Below are positions 53,273-62,900 of a stretch of 64,000 nucleotides of DNA, one piece after another; within the stretch, counting starts at the first letter, position 1; each line of letters begins with the position of its first letter. The notes beneath the pieces were generated by a model. It was not told the origin of the DNA, made no database searches, and saw only the letters and a list, made by a program, of their open reading frames with translations. Both the position numbers and the translations under genes were made by a program. The stretch lies in sequence record NC_070999.1; one strand, given 5' to 3'.

Positions 53273-54388
53273 ATGAACTTACTTCAAAACAATAATCTAT
53301 TTAAAGGGGTTGATTTAGACAACCCTCTACAAGCCGCCTCTAAATCAATCTCTGATGCGATGAGTGGGTTCAGTGATCAGTTAATTAATCCAATGAAGAA
53401 CATAACAGAATCTGTTAGTTCTGGGGTTGCTTTGGTTGGTGAAAAGGACTCTATGCTCACCAAGGCACTTACTACCTTTAAGTCCATCAACATTGAGAAG
53501 ATTCAATCAGGGGTAACAGACTTAGTAGGGGGGATTCTTAACTCTCCTGATTTAGGATCTATTCTCTCTTATGAAGATGGATTCAAAGTAGATACTGATC
53601 AGTTAATGAGAATCGCTTCTCAGGGACTTGGTTACAGTATCAATGGTATCTCAGATATTAAGAATCAATTAGGTTCAAGCTTCCTGGATGAACTAAACTC
53701 CATGACAGGTGGATTAGCTTCTGGCCTTTATTTCGATGATGGGATGAAACTTCGGATTAACGATGGCTGGGAAATGGGTGCTATTGATACGCTCACCGCT
53801 TTCCTTGGTAAGAACAATCCAGCGTTTGCTAAGATCCAAAGTTTAGCTGGAGTTAACTCTATCCTCAATACCATGTTGAAACAGGCTGCTCAAAACGGCA
53901 TGTATCAAAGTTTTGAAGATTTCAGTAATCAATATTTGTTCACTAGCGACTATGTTGATGCTATTATCAATTCACTAGAGTACTGTATTGGTAAAGGTGA
54001 TATCCAATCAATTAACAAGATCTTTGAAATTATTAGTTCTGATGGATTACCAGTAGTAAGAGCTAAGTATCCAGATCTAATTGAAAGGATGTTGACTAAC
54101 TTTACGTTTAGTTCTGAAACTAATCCTGAAGATTATCAAGAGCTCGGTATATTGCTTAAGAAGCTCTGTGAGCTCGTTGGTGGTGAACACTGGTATCTTT
54201 ACCAAACAGAGTTCGGAATGGCTATAAACCTCGTTACAGTGGCTTTAATTAGCGATGATGCTAAACTGCTCCTTTCTGACTATCCTGAATACTGTCCATT
54301 CTTATGTGCTTCTGGCATTTATCAGGAAGTGGATGCTAGAGAACACTTCTTATCACAATTCCCTAATGCAATTGCATTTGAAAACTAA
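53273..54388 (+). CDS. putative virion structural protein
   Basis: 371-aa standalone ORF between terminators, adjacent to the tail module; product inferred. Confidence 0.55.
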   Translation: MNLLQNNNLFKGVDLDNPLQAASKSISDAMSGFSDQLINPMKNITESVSSGVALVGEKDSMLTKALTTFKSINIEKIQSGVTDLVGGILNSPDLGSILSYEDGFKVDTDQLMRIASQGLGYSINGISDIKNQLGSSFLDELNSMTGGLASGLYFDDGMKLRINDGWEMGAIDTLTAFLGKNNPAFAKIQSLAGVNSILNTMLKQAAQNGMYQSFEDFSNQYLFTSDYVDAIINSLEYCIGKGDIQSINKIFEIISSDGLPVVRAKYPDLIERMLTNFTFSSETNPEDYQELGILLKKLCELVGGEHWYLYQTEFGMAINLVTVALISDDAKLLLSDYPEYCPFLCASGIYQEVDAREHFLSQFPNAIAFEN

Positions 54389-54393
54389 TATCC

Positions 54394-54423
54394 CCTTACC
54401 TAACCGTAATTGGTTAGGTAAGG
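54394..54423 (+). terminator. intrinsic terminator hairpin
   Basis: CCTTACCTAACC-gtaatt-GGTTAGGTAAGG; the central 24 nt are identical to the hairpin at 489-520. Confidence 0.8.
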
Positions 54424-54460
54424 TTTAACAGTGTATTAAATTATTTTATTAAATAGATGG

Positions 54461-54590
54461 TATATTATATGTCACCATAGAAACCCCTGGATGCCCGGGT
54501 AGGGCTTTGATTGTATATTAGTGGAACGTAGTGACTTCCTTTATTCTTTAATCATTATTTTTAAAGACGAGAAACTAAAGAATAAAGGAA
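54461..54590 (+). ncRNA. candidate structured ncRNA or cis-element, copy B
   Basis: Non-coding, bracketed by terminators, begins with TATATTAT, similar to 18104-18210, and contains a perfect 15-bp inverted repeat (54536-54550 with 54576-54590). Whether it acts as RNA or DNA is unknown. Confidence 0.4.
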
Positions 54591-54617
54591 ATAAGAAAGT
54601 AATAAGAATTCAAATAT

Positions 54618-54657
54618 CAAAACTCTACTTACCCTTAATTGGGTAAGTAGAGTTTTG
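54618..54657. terminator. bidirectional terminator
   Basis: CAAAACTCTACTTACCC-ttaatt-GGGTAAGTAGAGTTTTG, 17-bp stem. Confidence 0.85.
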
Positions 54658-54684
54658 TTTATTAATAACGCAGTAACATCTATG

Positions 54685-56874
54685 TCATCGGTTCATTGGT
54701 CGACCTACAAATAACTTACCCACGTCCCCTACAATAGAATCTGCGACTACATTGGCGACACTAGAAGCCTTAAACATGTTTTTTGTATCTGTGGTAAACC
54801 GTGTAAGTCTCCTGTTAAGGTCAGCATAGCGAAGAACAGTATCGAGGTAATCTACACCGGCAGTACGGTTTATCCAGTCATTGTACTTACCTCTATCACC
54901 TAGATAACGACTGGACTGTGCCGCCATGTTAGCAAGATCAAGAGGGTTGGTTACACGGCTAATCGGTACTGACATGATTGGTTCGAAATCAGCCACATCA
55001 ATTGTGACACGACAGTTACGAGGTTTCATGTCTGTAGTCCAACCAAGCGGGCCTTCTCCAAAGGTAATACTGGCATTTCTTACCATCCCCATGCGGATAA
55101 TTGATTTGCCTCGTTGGAAACATTTAATCATGAATGGTGAACCGTAGGTAGCACCACCGGTACTAAATGGTACAATAAACGGTAGAATCAAAGACAGTGG
55201 TAGGAACACATTTGTAGCAATGGAATAAGGATGGGCGTAAGGGGCTTCAAAGAACAAGCTAAAACTTTCTGTATGAAGATTAGCTGTACTATCTTGCCAG
55301 TGTTCTGGTATCTCTACACGAGAGTTACCAAGCAGCGCCATAGGAACATTACCTATGACAGAACCAGCTGCGACACCAGCTACAGCATCTTTTAATTTAC
55401 CAACTGTGTCGTCAATTAATCCGATTCCGGTATTTCCGCCTTGGATATTGAACTTGAAATCTGAAACAGCTTGGACTGTACTATTGAATGTAGAAGCTAT
55501 AGCTGACTGTTGGAAACTATTACTAAATGAATCTGATACAGGTCCTGTACCTTCTACTCTAAATGTAACACCATCCATGCCACCATAGAGCTGATCCATT
55601 AATACAGAACCGATTTCAGTAAACCAACCACCTTCATCAATACCTGAGTCATCAGTGATAGTGGGAACATTACCTTCTAATTGTGGTGGATTTGAACTAC
55701 TAGCTGTATTGTTATCCAATCCAACACTTTCGTTGTTGAGAGCGTTTACTCGCGCTCTAATATCATTAAGGGGATTTTCAGATACTCCACTAGAAACAGA
55801 AAGAGCTGGATTAGAGGGTTTGATTTTAGAGTAAGCTTCTGGATCGGTATAAGCGGAGGCTACTTCAGGATAAGCTATTTCGTCTTCTCCTCTAGAAGCC
55901 GCTACACTGCGTAATTCAGCATCCAAGTACTCTTTGGTCCCTTTACCATCAGCTCTTGTTCCTTTCCCGTTAACGAAGTTACCGTCACGAATAAGCTGAT
56001 CTAGAATTTGTTCAATAGCCTGGTCTTTTTCTTCAACCGTCCTAATCCCGGTATTCTTATCAAGGTCTTTTACTTTAGATAAGAAATGACGATACTTACG
56101 TACACCTCTTAGAGCAAGTCTAGTGATGTCGATTGTACCATCTTCGTTAATAGCGTCTGGGAATAAGGAATTCATGTATGCGAAGTTATTACGCATAGCG
56201 GAACTATTAGTTTCGTACCCCCTATTACCGGCTTTGGCTCGATCACCTGCTCTTACATCCAAGGTGTTACCTTGCTTGGGTAATACAGTAAGAGTATAAC
56301 CGGCGTTTACCATTAAGTCGTTGAAGATACCTTGGGCGGCGGTAAAGTACATCCCCATTGCTGGTTTACCGTAATACCACTTGTTCTTAGGCTCATTCAT
56401 CAGATATTCAAAGAAGTTGTAACTAGTGGCTAGGATCTGTGCTGGCCAGAACGCAATAGCGCCTGCGGCTTGACCTATGTAGAAAGCCCAAGAAGGAGCA
56501 CGTCCTTTAGTTACCATTACAGAAGCAGAATAATCGAACATGTTCAAAAGGAATGTCAAGAGCCCTGTAAACTCTGGTACACAAGCCGTAAATGTAGCAG
56601 TTTGTGCATTATCATGATGAATGCGCTTATAATACCTTCCCATATTCCCCATACGGTTTTCCATTATCGGCTTAGGATAAGGATCGGTATTTAAACCGTA
56701 ACCTGGTAGAGGATTAATGTATCGATTATCTCCAATAGCTGTGGAGAAGAAACTGGTATAAAGATCGTAGTCAGATCTGATAAGCACTTCTTCTGGATTA
56801 CGAATACCGTCACTCATTAAACGAAATGAACGAGATATCACGTTATCGTCTTTATAAGGAAGCTTGACGCTCAT
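54685..56874 (-). CDS. tail tip or baseplate-hub-type structural protein (phiKZ gp182-like position)
   Basis: 729 aa, immediately downstream of the giant tail lysozyme gene as in phiKZ gp181-gp182; GAGG RBS; call is mostly from synteny. Confidence 0.6.
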   Translation of the reverse strand: MSVKLPYKDDNVISRSFRLMSDGIRNPEEVLIRSDYDLYTSFFSTAIGDNRYINPLPGYGLNTDPYPKPIMENRMGNMGRYYKRIHHDNAQTATFTACVPEFTGLLTFLLNMFDYSASVMVTKGRAPSWAFYIGQAAGAIAFWPAQILATSYNFFEYLMNEPKNKWYYGKPAMGMYFTAAQGIFNDLMVNAGYTLTVLPKQGNTLDVRAGDRAKAGNRGYETNSSAMRNNFAYMNSLFPDAINEDGTIDITRLALRGVRKYRHFLSKVKDLDKNTGIRTVEEKDQAIEQILDQLIRDGNFVNGKGTRADGKGTKEYLDAELRSVAASRGEDEIAYPEVASAYTDPEAYSKIKPSNPALSVSSGVSENPLNDIRARVNALNNESVGLDNNTASSSNPPQLEGNVPTITDDSGIDEGGWFTEIGSVLMDQLYGGMDGVTFRVEGTGPVSDSFSNSFQQSAIASTFNSTVQAVSDFKFNIQGGNTGIGLIDDTVGKLKDAVAGVAAGSVIGNVPMALLGNSRVEIPEHWQDSTANLHTESFSLFFEAPYAHPYSIATNVFLPLSLILPFIVPFSTGGATYGSPFMIKCFQRGKSIIRMGMVRNASITFGEGPLGWTTDMKPRNCRVTIDVADFEPIMSVPISRVTNPLDLANMAAQSSRYLGDRGKYNDWINRTAGVDYLDTVLRYADLNRRLTRFTTDTKNMFKASSVANVVADSIVGDVGKLFVGRPMNR

Positions 56875-56898
56875 CTTGTTACCTCTAAAAAGAAAATG

Positions 56899-56924
56899 GA
56901 GTAGGAGGTTTGACCCTCCTACTC
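56899..56924 (-). terminator. intrinsic terminator hairpin
   Basis: GAGTAGGAGG-tttgac-CCTCCTACTC with a T-rich tail on the minus strand, after the giant tail gene. Confidence 0.7.
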
Positions 56925-56931
56925 AGTTTTA

Positions 56932-59900
56932 TTAATTCATCCTCACCCCACTTTGTTGTTTAGCGAGACGATTGATACCTTCATTCAGAGTATCGACGGA
57001 TGTGATCAACCTAGCCATTGCGGCTGTGTTGGCTTCATCGTTAACAGCCAGAGGTCCATCAGGTAACTTAAGTTCTACCGGAACTTCTTTGGTAGGTGTT
57101 TTCATTACACTAGACGGATTAACAGCAGGAGTGTTAGTTGCTGTATTACTAGGCGGTTGCGGAGCAGCAATACTCGGTGGTGGTGTAGGTACTTTAGGTT
57201 TACTAGCAGGAGAAGCTGTAGGAGTACTAGTTGGTGAAACAGGTTTATTAGAAACCTTAGCAGTATCTGCTGCGTTCATCAAACTGTTGATGTCTTCCTT
57301 AGCATCTGGATTAACAGCTTTGTTACCGTCAATGTGATCAGGTGGAACATTACTATCTGGAACAGAAGGTAACTGGGCTTGTTCATTACTAATTTGAACA
57401 GCACCTTGTTCACCAGTATCAGGTACAGAGATATCACCACGGTTAAGACGATCCAGGTACTCTTGATAGTATTGTCTACGTTCATCAGAACCAGGAACGG
57501 GATTACCACCATTGATACCGCGCATAGCGGTTTCAAAATCACCTGTCTGTGCAATAGAACGCATCGCTTTACTATTAAGTAAGAATCGTACAGCAGACTC
57601 AGCCATTACATTAGGATCTTCAGACACGATACGTGGATTAGATACAACATCAATACCAGTCTCTTGTTTGAATTTCTCGTAGTTAGCCTTGCCTGTTAAC
57701 TGGAACAGTCCTCTACCACGGTATAACCAACCGTCTTCCGGTTTAGTGTTACCAAGTGTTGGACCTTTCGGAGCTTTACCATAAACATACATGGCGCGTT
57801 CCGCGGGGGACAAAGCAGCAACTTTCTCAGCAGTAGCCATATCGGGAATATTTCTGAAGTACTTCTTCAAAGTAGGAGCAGACCAGTTGGTATTCTCTAC
57901 AGTAGCTGAATAGTTACCAGTTTCCTTCTTAGCCATTGCCAGCGCAAGAGCCAACATCTTCTTATCAGTTACCCCTGCTTTTAACAAGTGGTTTAATAAG
58001 AGTTGTTCTCCTTGGGCAGGATCCATCTTGATCCCTTTGTCATCACCTGCTAACTTCTGGAACTCTGGATTAAAGGTATCTGACCAACCAAGGTTAACGT
58101 TACCACCTTGTAAGTTGTAGTTAGTACCATATCCAAGACCATTGTTATTGCGCCCATCAGCAGTAAATGAATTACCAGTTCCTCCCCCGTAAATACCAAC
58201 ATTACCAGCGGAGACATTTCGGTTCTTACCATACACTTTATCAAACAGTGCATTGGTATTAGCTTGAACTTGACTATAGTTGACTTTACTTCCACTTGCT
58301 TTCTCATCGTAAGTAAGTGAACGTTCATCTTCTAACTCAGGTTCTTTCAGTCTCGCTTTAGTGGCTTTAGCATCCAAAGACTTAAGATACTTCTCTACTC
58401 GATCAGGCCAACTACCAGAATTAGAATTTTCAAATGGAGAAGCTTTCACATCCCACACTGTCACTTCTTCTTGCTGATAGATAACTCGAGTTTCTGACAA
58501 GAATCTAGCCAACTTAGCTTTGTTAGTATCAGAAAGTGATCTCCAACCTTGCTTAGGTAGTTGGTTACGAAGACGTTTCATTTCCTTAACATATTGCTGT
58601 AATACAGGTAAGAAACGATTCTGGAACCACAGATGCCAGTTAGTCTCGCCGTTAGTTGTTTCAATTCTAAATTGCGCTTTAAACAGATTAAATACCCTAG
58701 TAGGATTACCACTAAAGACCGCTTCTGTTCCAAGCGTATTAATCAGATCTTCACAATAACGTTCCAGTCTAAGTACAGCATCAACTCGCCAAGGCATATT
58801 GTCGATGTTACCATAAACACCTAAACGAACCATAGTAAAAGCATCGATTGCTGTATTAGCGTCTTTATGCAAATCAGAGATATCGATTTCTCTTACAGCT
58901 TGTGGTGTTTGGAACTTACGATCAACTTCTTCCTGTGCAAGTTTATTAGCTCGATCTCCATAACTATTGCTAAACCACCCTGCCAGTCCATCTGGTGTCT
59001 TTTCGTTTAATACTCGGTTACGACGTTCTACATCTGTTTCTAGTTTGAACTCTTCTTCAGGAGTAGGATATTTCTTACGAAGTTCTGACAGTAAAGAACT
59101 AACCAAATTCTCAGTCATCACTCGATTAAGAATACCTTCCCTTGGATCTATCTGAACTTGTACTTCATAAGGGAATGGATCCAAAGTACCCATAGATGTT
59201 CTTACGCGTTCACAGAGTAGTGTAACCTCATAACTCTCTTTACGATCAAACTCGTTGATGTCACCGTGTCTACCGATAGATACTGCTACAGCGTACAACA
59301 AGAACACAGGTTTGAAACGAGCATTAAACCAAGTGTGAACCTGGTCAAACGGAACACTATCACCACCTTTAGCAAACTGTTGTAGTATCTGTGCAACAGG
59401 AGCACTTTGAGAGAAACTTGCTCTGTTATTAGCGATAGCCAAATGAGGAATTAACGCTTGTTCCAACTTAGAGACACGCTTAGCCAAATTACCGTCAATA
59501 CTCTTGATACCGTACTGAGCATAACGAATACGACGTTGTAGTGAATCAGGAATCTCTTTAGTACTAACTCCACCGGTCCCATCAATGTAAGCTTGTGCTT
59601 CACGACGATCAGTAAAGAAGGTTCCGTCAGGGGCCCAGAATACACCCTTGTTCTCGATAAAGTCAGTAGCAGCTTTTGGTAACAGGAATTCCTTAGCGGT
59701 TTTCAGAGCAAGTGTAGGTAAGAAGAAATCAGAAGTAGTATCAACAACTTTCTCCATAGTGGTTAACTTTGGACCATTGCCATCTTTACCATCTTCGTAA
59801 ACATCTCCGTCAGTGGGTTCAGCTTCACTACCAAAAGCATCAGCTGCGTACATCCCACCACCCACTACGGCACCAGTACCTAATAAAGCAGCCATCATTT

Positions 59901-62900
59901 TACCTCGACCACCCAACTTACTAAGTACACCACCGATCTTACCTCTCATCCCTCCTCTACCAGCACCACCCAATGCGTCACCTAAGCCACTTGCTGCTGT
60001 TTTAGCCATAGTAGCTTTAGTTAAAGCTGTGAAACCCCACTTCATTATTTTGAATATAGGAGAAGCGACTCCTAACACACCTGAGAACAACATGGTCCCA
60101 ATAGAAGCTAAGCGTTTTCCAGAGTTAACCAGAGAACCCATAATTAAACCACCTAAGGTTCCAATGGGGTTCTTAATAAGACGCATGGCAAAATCTCCCA
60201 TACCCCCCATTAAGCTAAAGAGTTTACCGAAGACACCTTGCTTTTCGGTTTTCTCTCCCTCTTTAGGTTCTTTCATTCCTTCAGCAATATCGATGATGGA
60301 ATCCTGAACCTTCTCTTGCTTCTCTGCTTTAGCTTGTCTGATCTTATCTTCCAGAGAGTTTAGTCTCAACCCTTTAGCGATAGGTGAACCAATTGGATCA
60401 CTTTCACCATCAAAGTTATCAGGAATATCAATACCAAACTTCTGGGAGAGTATAGCATAAATACGGTCTAAACGACGTTCTACACCACGGTTACTACTTT
60501 GTCCTGATTTACCTATCCCAGAACCTTCTGTATCGCCTTGTGGACGATTGTAACCGAACTTCCCTAGGATGTTATCTAAACCTGATCTAGCGAGTCCTGC
60601 GGCTGTTCCAGCTAATCCTGAAGCAGCACTACCCACCGCTCTTACTTTTTGACCAGTTGCAGTAATAAGACCTTGATCAAATTCTACTTGGGAGATAACT
60701 TCGTTACCTTCACTGTTGTAGACAGGGCCATTAATTTCATTCCATCCCCAAATAGGCTTAATGGAACCAGTACTATCTTCAATAGAGTACTCACCTTCTT
60801 TGAACTTAATAGCTCTCAGTCTAGGGGTCTTTTCACCCTTTACAAATACGTCTTGTTGGTAAATGAGGTTCTTACCCATTTCCATAACCGACTTAATGCG
60901 TGTTAAGGGATCAATGAAGTTATAAGCTCCCACTGCCGCATCTTTGATCTTGGTAATTCCTGATAGAACTACAGCTCGTCCGTCAGCGCCAAAGATCTTA
61001 CCACCCAACTCTTTAACGGTAATGGTGACTTTATTAGCAACATCAAACAAAGGACCTTTGATATCACGCCAAGTTTTTATCACACGACGTTTTACAGCAT
61101 CGTAATAATCACCAGCTTTAAGTTTAGCGGAAGTTAAGATCTTATTTCCGTTCTCATCGAGGATGTCTTCATCATCAGACGGTTCGTCACCTACACCTTC
61201 TGCATAATCCGTTTTACCCCAATGTTGAACTAAAGCTCCTAGTGCAATACCACCCACACCAGCTGCCGCTGCAAGAATAGGATTTTGGATAAAGTGTGAA
61301 CTTACACCACCTAAAATAGAACCAAGGATCAATGGTTGATTTTGCATAACCATTTCAAACCCTTTTCCGAGAATATTAGTCGGAAGGATTTTCTTGAGTC
61401 TATTTACTACATCAAAGTTGTAACGATCGGCTTGACGTTCTTCAGTTTGCGACTTAGCTTGCTTACTAAAGAGTTTCCCATCTTTTACAATACTGAGTAA
61501 TTCAGTAAAGAGAAGATCCATATTAGATGTTGAAGTAGCTATCTTATCGATGTTTGAAACAACTTCACCGGTATGAGTGTCAAAGTAAGCCCGAGGTCCA
61601 CTGGAACGTTCTGTATCAACTTTGGAAGTATTATCAATCAATCTACCAAGCTGTGCTGACAAATCGCTTATAGAACTGTTTAGTTCGTTAAACGTATTGT
61701 TAGTTGACGAAGATCCAGTTGGTGACTTAGGTACTATAAACCCGCCTTTACCATCACTTACTGGTTTCTTAGATGTATTATCAAACATCCCCTTTAGCTG
61801 TGGGTTATTTGGGTTCTCCATGAACTGTCCCAGTCTTTCATGGAAAATGTTCATGTTAACTTTCTCTACCCCAGCTTCGGTGTAGATAACACCAAGATCT
61901 CTAAGCAGTTGCTCATTACCGGTAGAACGAAGCATATCGATGCGTTCTGCTACATTGGGGAATAGATCCTTCATGTTAGCAGCAGTAGCGGAAGCTACGT
62001 TAAGACGCTCGTTACCCTCGTTACTACGCATGTCGGTCATGCGCTTGAGCTTATCAAAACCCTTAGCGGACTTAAACTCAGAAACATCTTGATCATTAAG
62101 ACCAAAGTGACGTTTCATTACAGCATGTATTTCTTTTTGATGGGAACCGGATACGTTAGGAATATCACCAAGATAATAAAATGGGTTAAACCCTTTCTCT
62201 TGATCGACATCTTTAGCAATCTGCTGCGCAAGTGCTTTCCTAGCACCAGGGCTAAGAGTACGTTCTGTATCCAATCCATCAACCATTTCCAAAGCAGCTT
62301 GAGCGTAACGACTAAAGTCCCCGTAAGGCATTAAATCGGCTTTAACAGAAATGCGTTTTTCTGAATCAGTTTGGAACTGACCACGCATATAGTTATAACT
62401 TACACTTTCGATATTCTTTTCACCAGTACGAATACCTTCAGTACTAGTTAAGATCTTACTAAGCAAACCTGGGATAACTTCATTAAGGGTAATGTTATTA
62501 GTCTCTTTCCAGATACCTGGATTATTGAGATCTTTCACATTGCGCTTATTAAGTGTATATTGAGTCCCACGAGATTTAGTAATCTCAGACATGAAACTGT
62601 TAACAGAAGCTTTAGCTTTGTTGGTAGCCGCGTTCTTAGCAACCCAAATAGCCTTTGGAATTGGCTTCTTACCTGGAGGAAGTTGATCTAAGTAATCTTG
62701 ATAATCAAGATACTGCATCTCATCCATAGCTTCGTAATCTTCAGCAAGGTAGTTAATTAACCCAACACCAGAAGTAGAAGCGTAAGAAGCTTTATTACCA
62801 AAGTTAGTCAGTTTACCAAACATCTCTTGGAACTGTTTAGCTTCTTTGGGATTTTTAGCTGCTAACTTATTAATCCAATCTTTACCTTTACCACGCTCAA

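Noticed and set aside
489-56924. Repeated palindromes as a CRISPR array or transposon ends
   Set aside because: They are dispersed singly at gene ends, have no regular spacers, and no cas or transposase gene is present. Position and T-tracts fit terminators.
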